Shown here piece after piece: positions 9,325-18,108 of a stretch of 64,000 bases of DNA; positions within the stretch are counted from its first letter, which is position 1; each line of letters opens with the position of its first letter. A model generated the notes under the pieces. The model saw only the letters and a list, made by a program, of their open reading frames with translations. It was not told where the DNA came from and did no database searches. The stretch is from the NCBI GenBank assembly GCA_034429975.1, contig DAOUFM010000118.1, forward strand, positions 18,570 through 82,569, in the 5' to 3' direction. The stretch comes from Anaerolineaceae bacterium (GTDB lineage Bacteria; Chloroflexota; Anaerolineae; Anaerolineales; Anaerolineaceae). Both the position numbers and the translations under genes were made by a program.

Positions 9325-10793
9325 GTTCTTTGACTGACTTACCAGTCCATGAGGCTCTACATTTATTAACCCGCAGGGAAATTTCCAGCCTTGAGCTCAC
9401 TCAGGCTTACCTGGCGCAAATTGACCGGCTGGAGCCGCAAATAAAAGCCTTCATCACGCTGACACCGGATCTGGCTTTGCAGCAAGCCGCCAACGCGGAT
9501 GCACTACGGCGCACGGGGGAGCAAGTCCCGGCCTTATCAGGTTTACCGCTCGCCATCAAGGATGTATTCGCTCTGGAGAACATCCCCTGTACCTGTGGTT
9601 CGCGTATGCTAGCCAATTTCATTCCGCCTTATACGGCAACCAGTGTACAGCATTTACTGGCGGCAGGCGCTGTCGTTCTGGGAAAAACAAATACCGACGA
9701 ATTTGCCATGGGGTCATCCACTGAAAATTCAGCTTACCAAACTACCCGCAACCCCTGGAACCTGGCACATGTACCGGGTGGGTCTTCCGGGGGATCAGCC
9801 GCAGCCGTCAGTGCTCACATGGCGCCAGTCGCGCTGGGCAGTGACACTGGCGGATCCGTACGGCAGCCGGCTTCATTCTGTGGCATTACCGGGTTAAAAC
9901 CCACCTATGGGCGTATCTCCCGCTACGGGCTGATTGCTTATGGTTCCTCTCTGGATAGTGTTGGCATCTTTGCGCGTTCGGTTGAAGATTTAGCGCTGAT
10001 TTTTACACAGATCGCTGGGCATGATAGGCTGGATTCAACCAGTGTAAGCATGCCAGTGCCTGACATCCAGCTCAACACTGAACCCTCTCTCAAGGGAGTA
10101 CGCCTGGGAGTGCCAAAAGAATACTTTATTTCTGGTATTCAGGCAGACATTGAAAGCCGCGTGCGGACAGCCATTGCCCAATTTGAAGCCCTGGGCGCCC
10201 AAATTGTTGAGATCAGCTTACCGCATACTGAATTTGCCGTGCCAGTCTATTATCTGATCGCGACCGCGGAAGCATCTACCAATCTGGCACGCTATGACGG
10301 CTTACGCTATGGCTATTCCGTGGAGTCCCCCGCCTTGTGGGAACGCATTCGCTTAACGCGGGGATCAGGTTTTGGGCCGGAAGTAAAACGGCGCATCATG
10401 CTGGGTACTTATGCGCTTTCAGCCGGTTATTATGAAGCCTATTATGGAAAAGCTCAAAAAGTACGCTCGCTCATCAAACAGGATTTCGATCAGGCCTTCC
10501 AGCAGGTAGATGCCATCGCTACCCCGGTTGCTCCAACCACAGCCTTTAAAATGGGCGAGCATAGCAATGACCCCCTGGCTATGTACCTGGAGGATATTTT
10601 TACCCTGCCCACCAATCTGGCAGGTATCCCCGGGCTGGCCTTTCCAGTTGGTTTTGACCATCAGGGGTTACCAGTTGGCATGCAATTAATGGGACCACAC
10701 TTTAAAGAAGAAACTCTGATTAAACTGGTACATGCCTATCAACAAACTACAAATTGGCACACCTTGACACCGCTACTGGCTTCAAATAAATAG
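9321..10793 (+). CDS. gatA: Glutamyl-tRNA(Gln) amidotransferase subunit A (amidase signature family)
   Basis: 490 aa with the amidase signature GGSSGGSAAAV and GSDTGGSVRQPA. Coupled to gatC through an ATGA overlap. Confidence 0.92.
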   Translation: MSSLTDLPVHEALHLLTRREISSLELTQAYLAQIDRLEPQIKAFITLTPDLALQQAANADALRRTGEQVPALSGLPLAIKDVFALENIPCTCGSRMLANFIPPYTATSVQHLLAAGAVVLGKTNTDEFAMGSSTENSAYQTTRNPWNLAHVPGGSSGGSAAAVSAHMAPVALGSDTGGSVRQPASFCGITGLKPTYGRISRYGLIAYGSSLDSVGIFARSVEDLALIFTQIAGHDRLDSTSVSMPVPDIQLNTEPSLKGVRLGVPKEYFISGIQADIESRVRTAIAQFEALGAQIVEISLPHTEFAVPVYYLIATAEASTNLARYDGLRYGYSVESPALWERIRLTRGSGFGPEVKRRIMLGTYALSAGYYEAYYGKAQKVRSLIKQDFDQAFQQVDAIATPVAPTTAFKMGEHSNDPLAMYLEDIFTLPTNLAGIPGLAFPVGFDHQGLPVGMQLMGPHFKEETLIKLVHAYQQTTNWHTLTPLLASNK

Positions 10794-10911
10794 ATTAAGT
10801 GCTGGTATTTTGGGAAAAGACAAGCCGATTAAACGAACGAGATAAAGAAAATTGCTATAATTATTCTATTATTTCTTGTTTTTTAATTCTCAGATCAACC
10901 CTGAGGGCTGC

Positions 10912-12441
10912 ATGAATCAGATTCGAAAATTCACAGACAAAAACAATCTTTGGAAGACGATTGGTATCAGCGGCTTGATATTAATCCTGGTAAAACTCTT
11001 TCTCAGTCAAACTCCAGCGCTGGCAACCGGGTATATCCTGTTCTTTTCTTTCCTGGCCAGTTTTAGCATTGCCCTGGGAATTTATTTTCATCAGCCTTAC
11101 CCCATTAAAGGTTGGTATTTGTTGGCTTTAGGTCAATTCTTAGATTCGGTCGGCAATATCTTCTTTTGTTTATACTTTTACCATGACAGAAAGGAAGCGC
11201 TTCTCATTCCGCTGGCCGCTTTCTATGTTCTGGGGGGGCTTTTCTTCTTTATTGCCATGCTTTCCATGATCGGGCATTATCGTAAAGAAATTTCTTCCAG
11301 CGCTTTGCTGAATGGGCTAATTATCACCTTTTCAGCCGGGATTTTTATCTGGGTTCTGGTGTTGAAGGATGATCTGGTTAACCCCTCTTCATTTTTTGAA
11401 ATTGTGCAACAATTCATCTTTGTTCTGACCGTCTTATTGATTATCTTTATCCTGGCGCTTATTTTTATGCTGCGCTCCGGGCAAATTACCGCACTTTATC
11501 TGCTTTTTGCTGCTGGTTTAATTATGGTGGTTGGAATCCTTAATTACTTTAAATTGTACGGTTTCACCGCGCAGATTTTTGCCATATCCGGGCAAGGGAT
11601 GATGCCCTTCATGGAATTGTTTTACGCTGCCGGGTATCTCCTGGTATCAATGGCTTTTTTACACCCTTCCATCGCCAAATTCCAGCCCAATACATTGTTT
11701 CTGCGCATTGATGCCAATCGCAATATTATCAATATTCTGGGGGTTTCCTTCTTACTCCTCCCAATCTCCTATGCTATTCAAATTTTTCGTGGGCGGCCAG
11801 TCAACGATTTACTCATGTTGGGTTCAATTTCACTGGTTTACATTCTGGTTTTCCTGCAGGTCCTTAATTTGACAAAAAGTTATTATCAGGTCAAAAATAA
11901 AAATTTGGAATTAAACAATCAGAACGAGATCTTAAAAACCCTGGCAAACACCGACCATGTCACCCAGCTTTTTAACCGTAAATTTTTATACGAATTTGGT
12001 GAACAGGCTTTAAAGAATGCCCTTTTTATTCGCAAACGCCTGGCTATCGCGATGATTAAACTGGATGATTTTGATATTCTGCTGAGTATGCTCACCCGTC
12101 AGGAAGCCGACAAAATATTGCAGGACGTCGCCAATGTCTTTCTGAATATCAAGCGCAAGGATGACATCGTGATTCGCTATGGGGATAGTGAGTTTGTAAT
12201 CATTTTCGATGATATCCGTCCGGATTTGAATTTTGAACAATTGATGGAACGCTTCCGCGAGAAAGCTAAATTTCCGGTCAGCCTTGGCAAACTTGAAATG
12301 ATCGTCTCGTTTAGCGCCGGGATCGCCTTTCTGCCGGATGATGGCGGCGATATCAACACCCTGGTGGAAAAAGCAGACCAGGCTTTAATTCAAGCCCGGC
12401 TGGCCGGCAAAGAAGCTATTAAACTCTTTTCCTCCTTATAG
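10912..12441 (+). CDS. Membrane-anchored GGDEF-domain protein with a degenerate active site (GDSEF)
   Basis: About 9 predicted TM segments followed by a GGDEF-like domain (LFNRKFL...VIRYGDSEFVIIF). ATG 10912 is preferred over TTG 10876, but the start is uncertain. Confidence 0.75.
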   Translation: MNQIRKFTDKNNLWKTIGISGLILILVKLFLSQTPALATGYILFFSFLASFSIALGIYFHQPYPIKGWYLLALGQFLDSVGNIFFCLYFYHDRKEALLIPLAAFYVLGGLFFFIAMLSMIGHYRKEISSSALLNGLIITFSAGIFIWVLVLKDDLVNPSSFFEIVQQFIFVLTVLLIIFILALIFMLRSGQITALYLLFAAGLIMVVGILNYFKLYGFTAQIFAISGQGMMPFMELFYAAGYLLVSMAFLHPSIAKFQPNTLFLRIDANRNIINILGVSFLLLPISYAIQIFRGRPVNDLLMLGSISLVYILVFLQVLNLTKSYYQVKNKNLELNNQNEILKTLANTDHVTQLFNRKFLYEFGEQALKNALFIRKRLAIAMIKLDDFDILLSMLTRQEADKILQDVANVFLNIKRKDDIVIRYGDSEFVIIFDDIRPDLNFEQLMERFREKAKFPVSLGKLEMIVSFSAGIAFLPDDGGDINTLVEKADQALIQARLAGKEAIKLFSSL

Positions 12442-12549
12442 CCTGCTGTTTCCCTATATTCTATACATTCGAAATCCTTGATACTTTTCCTGATTCCATA
12501 CGTATATTAAAGGAAAGGTAAAACCTTCTTCAATAACAGAAAGGGAAAA

Positions 12550-12987
12550 ATGACAAATTCAAACGTGATTATTCAACAACAAAAAGGCCCGGGGTTGCTC
12601 CTGCGAGCCATCTATTTTTTCTTCATCGGTCTCTGGCTGGGGGCTATCTGGACGACCATTGCCTGGCTGCTTGTGGTATCCATTATCGGTTTACCTTTGG
12701 GGCTGCTGATGCTCAATCGTTTGCCCCAGGTGATGACCCTCAAACCGATACATGAAAACCGCTACCTCATTCAGAAAGATGGCCGTTGGGTGGTCCGTAC
12801 ATCCGCACCGGCTCAGGCTTCTTTTCTAGCCCGGGCTTTGTACTTCATCCTGATTGGTTGGTGGTTCAGCGCCCTGTGGCTGCTTTCCGCCTGGGCCATC
12901 TCCGGGATCACACTCGGTTTAGGGTTGCCATTAGCTTTCTGGATGTTTGATCGCGTACCAGCCGTCACCACGCTGTCACGTTATTAA
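12550..12987 (+). CDS. YccF-like inner-membrane component domain protein
   Basis: 145 aa with two internal repeats (IIGLPLGLLMLNRLPQVMTLKP / GITLGLGLPLAFWMFDRVPAVTTLSR), characteristic of the YccF family. Confidence 0.6.
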   Translation: MTNSNVIIQQQKGPGLLLRAIYFFFIGLWLGAIWTTIAWLLVVSIIGLPLGLLMLNRLPQVMTLKPIHENRYLIQKDGRWVVRTSAPAQASFLARALYFILIGWWFSALWLLSAWAISGITLGLGLPLAFWMFDRVPAVTTLSRY

Positions 12988-13077
12988 TCATCTGCCATTT
13001 TCTTTTCTCTACTCAGAGCTCCCCAATTATGTTATCATCGCTAACGTTTTCCAATCCTGATAACCTGGGGAGCAACC

Positions 13078-13842
13078 TTGCTTCAATTCACAATCCCAAT
13101 TTTGATAATCCTGTTTGCCGGCGGTTTTATGGCCGGCTTTGTCGATTCGATCGCCGGTGGGGGCGGAATCATCTCTGTGCCAATCCTGCTCTCCGTCGGA
13201 CTTCCACCTCACCTGGCGTTGGGGACCAACAAACTCCAGTCCACTTTCGGCAGTTTCATGGCCTCGATCAATTACTCGCGCGGTGGATTGGTGAAAGTAA
13301 AGGAGCTTGGTCTGGGAATTTTGCTGACCGCCATTGGTGCCATGGCTGGAACACTGGCAGTCCAACAGATTCCCCAATCTTTTTTGGAATATCTTATCCC
13401 GATTCTGCTCCTGCTCATTTTCATGATCATGCTCATCTCGAAAAATTTTGGCATGGAGGACCAGAAACCACGTTGGCCTGCCCGCTTATTTTATCTAGTC
13501 TTTGGGCTGGGGATTGGTTTTTTTGATGGCTTTTTTGGACCTGGCACCGGCACTTTTTGGATGATGGCTTTTGTGTTTCTGCTTGGTTTTAATCTTAAAA
13601 AAGCCACCGCCCATACCAAATGGATGAATTTTACCAGCAACGTGATTTCATTGATTTTTTTCGCTCTCGGCGGAAAAGTTCTGATCCTTCCGGGGCTAAC
13701 CATGGCCGTTGGCCAGCTCAGTGGCGCCTTTCTGGGCTCCAAATTGGTCTTGCGTTCCAGCACAAAGTTTATCCGTATCTTCTTTTTACTCGTAACTGCC
13801 GCAACCATTATCCGCTTAATTTATACTTCTTTCTTTTCTTAA
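13078..13842 (+). CDS. TSUP (TauE/SafE, YfcA-like) family anion exporter
   Basis: 254 aa, about 8 TM, with N-terminal FAGGFMAGFVDSIAGGGGIISVPILL typical of TSUP. TTG start with a GGGGAG SD. Confidence 0.75.
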   Translation: MLQFTIPILIILFAGGFMAGFVDSIAGGGGIISVPILLSVGLPPHLALGTNKLQSTFGSFMASINYSRGGLVKVKELGLGILLTAIGAMAGTLAVQQIPQSFLEYLIPILLLLIFMIMLISKNFGMEDQKPRWPARLFYLVFGLGIGFFDGFFGPGTGTFWMMAFVFLLGFNLKKATAHTKWMNFTSNVISLIFFALGGKVLILPGLTMAVGQLSGAFLGSKLVLRSSTKFIRIFFLLVTAATIIRLIYTSFFS

Positions 13843-13896
13843 AAAACAAATTTTCACCTTCTTTAATACGAAATCGAACGAAAAATCAACCGTTAC

Positions 13897-14064
13897 ATGA
13901 CCAAAAATGTCGTCACAGTTACCCCCCAAACCACCCTAGAGGAATGCATGCAGATTATGGCGCAGAAAAAAGTCCGCCATCTCCCGGTCATGGATCAAAA
14001 AGAACTGGTGGGATTAATCTCCTATGGCGACGTCATCCGGGCACTGGTGGAAAGAAAAGAATGA
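13897..14064 (+). other. 55-codon single-CBS-domain ORF; either a remnant or a miniprotein (below the ORF-track cutoff)
   Basis: My translation is MTKNVVTVTPQTTLEECMQIMAQKKVRHLPVMDQKELVGLISYGDVIRALVERKE. It resembles the second CBS repeat of the 144-aa protein at 15852-16286. Confidence 0.45.
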
Positions 14065-14097
14065 AAATGAATATATCAATGCTGGCGTACTGGGGCC

Positions 14098-14190
14098 ATG
14101 CTTTCTCCGGCTGTAGGTGCTATTTTAATGTCGCTGAGCACCATCATCGTCGCCCTCAACGCCCAGTTGCTACGCCCACAGCGCTTGTGA
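14098..14190 (+). pseudogene. 3'-terminal remnant of a P1B-type ATPase gene
   Basis: The frame reads (..WRTGA)MLSPAVGAILMSLSTIIVALNAQLLRPQRL*. This matches the conserved last TM helix and tail of heavy-metal ATPases, but there is no upstream body of the gene. Confidence 0.55.
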
Positions 14191-14325
14191 GTAAACTGAA
14201 AAAAAACGCTCGCTTTTTTTACATCATTAATCTTCATACCTCGTTGTCGTAATCATTCTTTTTAACCGAGAACAGAAATAAAAAATATATCTCACATTAT
14301 CCTTAAAACCTATTTCAAGACGGTA

Positions 14326-14486
14326 CACTAAATCCCAAATCCTAAACCCTGAAACCTGAATCCTAAATCCTAAACCCTAAGTCCTAAACTCTAAATCCTG
14401 AAGCCTGAATCCTAAACCCTAAACCCTGAATCCTGAATCCTGAACCCTGAAACCTGAATCCTGAACCCTGAACCCTAAACCCTAAT
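14326..14486. repeat. 23 tandem heptamers, NCCTRAA (CCCTAAA/TCCTGAA variants)
   Basis: 161 nt parse exactly into 7-nt units: cactaaa tcccaaa tcctaaa ccctgaa acctgaa ... ccctaaa ccctaat. Confidence 0.95.
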
Positions 14487-14558
14487 TAGAAATCATTTTC
14501 TAAAAAACACTTGTAATAGAAAATATTTTCTGTTATACTAAATAGAACAATTATTCTA
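14487..14558 (+). promoter_or_regulatory. Promoter TTGTAA-17-TATACT embedded in three 16-bp palindromes, TAGAA-N6-TTCTA
   Basis: Sites: TAGAAATCATTTTCTA (14487-14502), TAGAAAATATTTTCTG (14517-14532), TAGAACAATTATTCTA (14543-14558). The -35 is at 14511-14516 and the -10 at 14534-14539. Confidence 0.6.
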
Positions 14559-14572
14559 TTGCGAGGTTTTTG

Positions 14573-14752
14573 ATGAAAAAACAATCCACCACCCCTGTTT
14601 CCGCCTTTTTCATGGGCATTTTCTGGGTCATTCTAACCATCAACGCTACCTTCAACTGGGGATCCAACGGAACAGTGCTCTTCTGGCTCATCTTTACTAT
14701 TCTGATCGGCTGGTTCGTAATTGCCATACAGAGCAGGATGCACAGGGCATAA
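14573..14752 (+). CDS. 59-aa two-TM small membrane protein, monocistronic
   Basis: MKKQSTTPVSAFFMGIFWVILTINATFNWGSNGTVLFWLIFTILIGWFVIAIQSRMHRA. GAGG SD at 14563-14566. It has its own promoter and terminator. Confidence 0.6.
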   Translation: MKKQSTTPVSAFFMGIFWVILTINATFNWGSNGTVLFWLIFTILIGWFVIAIQSRMHRA

Positions 14753-14792
14753 AGGCAACCATAAATTCATACCGTTTCAACTCCTGAAAATT

Positions 14793-14817
14793 CCTGCCCG
14801 TTTTAGCAGGTTTTTTT
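14793..14817 (+). terminator. Rho-independent terminator
   Basis: CCTGC (14793-14797) pairs with GCAGG (14806-14810), followed by T7 (14811-14817). Confidence 0.65.
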
Positions 14818-14873
14818 ACCAAATTTATGGTAAAAATAATTAATCCATTTGCTCGTGAATAAGGAGATGATTC

Positions 14874-15323
14874 GTGAGTATTGAATTACGCCCTATTACC
14901 AAAGATAATTTCGGGTCGATTATTAACCTGGAAGTCAGCCAGGATCAGGTCAATTTCGTCGCCAGCAATTTGTATTCCATCGCTGAATCCAAAGTCTACC
15001 CGGAATGTATCCCGCTCGCCATTTATGCTAATGGCACACCGGTTGGCTTCCTGATGTATGCCTTCGATCACAAAGACGCCAGTTACTGGATTTGCCGCTT
15101 GATGGTCGACCGCTATTTTCAGGGCAAGGGCTACGGCCGGCAAGCGATGCAGCAAATCCTGGTTGAAATCAAGAAACGCCCAAATATCGATTTTGTGAAG
15201 CTCAGCATCAACCCCTATAATCAGGCTGCTGAAAAGTTGTACTCGGATTTAGGTTTTGTCAAAACAGGTGAAACTGTAGAGGGTGAAGAAGTGATGTGTC
15301 TGCATTTTAAAACGGATACTTAA
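14874..15323 (+). CDS. GNAT-family N-acetyltransferase
   Basis: 149 aa. RLMVDRYFQGKGYGRQAMQQIL is a GNAT motif A (Q/R-x-x-G-x-G). GTG start with an AAGGAG SD. Confidence 0.8.
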   Translation: MSIELRPITKDNFGSIINLEVSQDQVNFVASNLYSIAESKVYPECIPLAIYANGTPVGFLMYAFDHKDASYWICRLMVDRYFQGKGYGRQAMQQILVEIKKRPNIDFVKLSINPYNQAAEKLYSDLGFVKTGETVEGEEVMCLHFKTDT

Positions 15324-15333
15324 CCCCGGCCGT

Positions 15334-15855
15334 ATGAAAAGAAAAAGGACGAACTCACAAAAACTATCTCCGCAATTTATAATGGAACCAATCGGGGTCA
15401 TTTATACCAACCATCTGGAAGCTTCCGGCACGCCTATCCAACCAACCGCAGCCAGGGAGAGCCTTGGAAAAATTATCATTCACAAGGAATTGGAAAGCGG
15501 ATTAAAAGACCTGGACGGATTCTCCCACATTATTCTGCTCTACTTTTTTGACCAGGTCAGGCAAAGTAAATTATTGGTTACCCCATTTTTAGATGATATT
15601 GAAAGAGGAGTATTCGCCACCCGCGCCCCAGCACGTCCCAATCCAATCGGGTTATCGATCGTCCAATTGATCAAGATTGAAGACAATCAAATCACTTTTT
15701 CCGGGGCAGACATGCTCAACAACACCCCTCTCCTGGATATTAAACCGTATGTACCATCCTTTGATCAACAGCAAGTTGAACGAATTGGATGGCTGGAAAA
15801 CAGTGTTAAACGCCTATCCGCAACCAGTGACGATGGCAGGTTTCTGAAAGACTAA
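15334..15855 (+). CDS. trmO: TsaA/TrmO-like tRNA (t6A37) methyltransferase (YaeB/UPF0066 family)
   Basis: IGVIYTNHLE...DLDGFSHIILLYFFD...RAPARPNPIGLSIVQL...TPLLDIKPYVP match the family hallmarks. Confidence 0.75.
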   Translation: MKRKRTNSQKLSPQFIMEPIGVIYTNHLEASGTPIQPTAARESLGKIIIHKELESGLKDLDGFSHIILLYFFDQVRQSKLLVTPFLDDIERGVFATRAPARPNPIGLSIVQLIKIEDNQITFSGADMLNNTPLLDIKPYVPSFDQQQVERIGWLENSVKRLSATSDDGRFLKD

Positions 15856-16286
15856 CGGCTGCCAGTGATATATTGCTGTAAATCGTGAATCAAGGCGTCG
15901 CGATCTTTCAGCAGGGTGCTGACCATATCCCGCATCGAGATCACCCCCAGGAACTTACCTTCTTCAGTCACCAATAAGTGCCGGAAATTTCGGTTAATCA
16001 TGGTTTGCATGCACTCTTCCAATGGCGTTTCAGCCGGAACTGTAACGACGTTGCGCGTCATAAAGGTGCTGACCGGTATTTCCAACATAGCTTCGCCTTC
16101 TTCTGCCAGGTGATTCATCATATCACGTTCAGAGATGATCCCGACCAGATTGCCATCCTCAAGAACCGGCAAAGCGCCAATTTTCTTTTCCACCATCATT
16201 CCGATAGCGGCGCGCATACTGGTATTAGGAGAAATATAATAGATGGTGCTGCCTTTAAGCTGGATTAATTCCTTAACTTTCAACAT
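15852..16286 (-). CDS. CBS-domain pair protein
   Basis: 144 aa made of two CBS repeats. AGGAG SD 7 nt upstream of ATG 16286. Confidence 0.8.
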   Translation of the reverse strand: MLKVKELIQLKGSTIYYISPNTSMRAAIGMMVEKKIGALPVLEDGNLVGIISERDMMNHLAEEGEAMLEIPVSTFMTRNVVTVPAETPLEECMQTMINRNFRHLLVTEEGKFLGVISMRDMVSTLLKDRDALIHDLQQYITGSR

Positions 16287-16427
16287 CGTAACGCTCCTGT
16301 TTGTCCATTGCAGAGAATTTTGGGTTAATTGTTATGAAATTGTATCAAAAAAAAATCTTTTTTCAAGTTTATATATGCTTTAAAAAATCAGTTTTACAAA
16401 ACCAGGGATGAAACCATTATGGACACA

Positions 16428-17777
16428 TCAAAGCCCAATAATCCACTTAGCGATCGAAAAATAAATCAACAAGCCGGTTGCATCCACGATGGTGCTCATC
16501 ACCGGTCCTGAAACGACGGTGGGGTCAATTTTAAATTTTGCTGCCAGCAGCGGTAGAACTGCTCCAGAGGAATTTGCCCAAATGACGATCACCAGAATCG
16601 ATACGGCTACAGTGATAGCCACGCTCACCGGTGTGCCCCAGGTGATGGCACGAATATAGGCGAAAATCGCCATGCCCAACCCGAGCATCAGCCCCACCCG
16701 CATTTCATGCCACAGCGAAACCAGTGCGTCGCGCACTTCGAGATCACCAATGGCCAGGGCACGGATGATCGTACTGGTTGTCTGCGCGCCTGCGTTTCCG
16801 CCTGTGCCGATCAACAACGGGATAAAGTACGACAGCGAGACCACGGTCGCCAGTTCATTTTCAAATAAGCGCATCACCGTTCCAGTCAGGCTGCCAGTGA
16901 CAAAAAGCAGCATTAGCCAGCCGATTCGCTTTTCTGCAATATGTAATGGTCCAATGGAAAGATAAGGTTCTTCCAGAGGTAATGCACCACCCATACGTTG
17001 GAAGTCCTCAGTGGTTTCTTCTTCAATTGCGTCGATGACATCGTCCACGGTGATCACACCGATCAGTTTGTGTTCTTCATTGATGACCGGAAGGGCTAAC
17101 AAATCGTATTTACTGATTAGACGCGCCACCTCTTCCTGATCAGTCCCGGCTGGCACTGTGATCACTTCTGTGTCCATGATCTCTTCCAGCAGTGTGTCTG
17201 GGTCAGCCGTGATCAGGTCACGGAGTCCGAGCACCCCTGAAAGCACATCATTCCGGTCAACGATAAAGAGGTAATAGATATCCTCGCGGTTGGGTTTAAG
17301 GGTTCGCAGCAGGTGAATGGCATCCGCGGCCCGCATCTTGCGGCGTAACACCATAAAATCTGAAGTCATCAACCCTCCGGCGCTGTCATCTTTATGCAGC
17401 ATCAAGGGGCGGATGTCTTCCGGATTTTCCAATCCTGCCAGAATGATCTCTGCCTGGGTGTGCTCAATATCTCCCAAAAGGTCAGCCGCTTCATCCGGCT
17501 CCATTTCATCCACGATGCGGATGGCACTCTCAGAATCCAGGGCGCTAACCAATTCCGCCGCATCGCGATCTTCCAGCTCTTCCAGGATATCCGCAGAAAC
17601 AGATGGATCCAGATGGGGCAACAAGGCGATTTTATCCTCATCTTCCAACTCATAGAAGATCTCAGCCTGATCCTGTGTACGGTACTTCTCTAACACAGAA
17701 ATAGCTGCGTTAATATCACTTTTTTCCAGTGCAGATTCAATCTGAGCCAGAATTGTATCGGGATTAATTTTCAACAT
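16428..17777 (-). CDS. mgtE: Magnesium transporter MgtE
   Basis: Acidic N-domain, CBS pair, then C-terminal TM domain with PLLIGTGGNAGAQ. ATG 17777 has a GGAGG SD at 17789..17785; the track's TTG 17780 is one codon longer. Confidence 0.9.
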   Translation of the reverse strand: MLKINPDTILAQIESALEKSDINAAISVLEKYRTQDQAEIFYELEDEDKIALLPHLDPSVSADILEELEDRDAAELVSALDSESAIRIVDEMEPDEAADLLGDIEHTQAEIILAGLENPEDIRPLMLHKDDSAGGLMTSDFMVLRRKMRAADAIHLLRTLKPNREDIYYLFIVDRNDVLSGVLGLRDLITADPDTLLEEIMDTEVITVPAGTDQEEVARLISKYDLLALPVINEEHKLIGVITVDDVIDAIEEETTEDFQRMGGALPLEEPYLSIGPLHIAEKRIGWLMLLFVTGSLTGTVMRLFENELATVVSLSYFIPLLIGTGGNAGAQTTSTIIRALAIGDLEVRDALVSLWHEMRVGLMLGLGMAIFAYIRAITWGTPVSVAITVAVSILVIVIWANSSGAVLPLLAAKFKIDPTVVSGPVMSTIVDATGLLIYFSIAKWIIGL

Positions 17778-17956
17778 CAATACACCTCCTGGGTGATGGC
17801 CCCGGAGATGCTAATTAATCATTAACAAATTTCCTGAGGGTCACCTGAATGACATTTCGTCCGATTATACGAATGAGGTTCCCGCTCAGCGGGAGGTTGT
17901 TGCTCGTCCATATTCTCCATTCAAAAATTCGTTTAAATAATTAAACTGCTTTATTA

Positions 17957-17962
17957 TACGAC
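17957..17962. repeat. Left 6-bp target-site duplication (TACGAC) of the IS21 element
   Basis: An identical hexamer sits at 20503-20508, directly abutting both terminal inverted repeats. Confidence 0.8.
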
Positions 17963-18108
17963 TGTCACTGACCGGGGTAGACTTTACCAGAGATAGTCGC
18001 CCGATGTTTACCAGGGATGATCGGACGATGTTTACCAGGGATAGTCGCACGGTGTTTACCAGTGTGAGAAAATCTCTCCTAAAAGAACGAAGGGAGAGAG
18101 TGAACGAA

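Noticed and set aside
13620-14252. 210-aa plus-strand ORF
   Set aside because: It runs out of frame through the 3' end of the TSUP gene and across the two remnants. It has low-complexity Arg/Pro-rich content and no SD.
14326-14486. Telomere of a linear replicon (CCCTAAA repeats)
   Set aside because: The array is internal and flanked on both sides by ordinary genes and a promoter. Nothing suggests a chromosome end.
17781-17962. M-box (ykoK) magnesium riboswitch upstream of mgtE
   Set aside because: I checked the leader with the IS present and with it conceptually removed. It lacks the conserved GGUGAGG...GCUGC...AACAG...CUAAAGCUCUACG elements. Only a weak AGGTGACCCTCAGG resemblance was seen.
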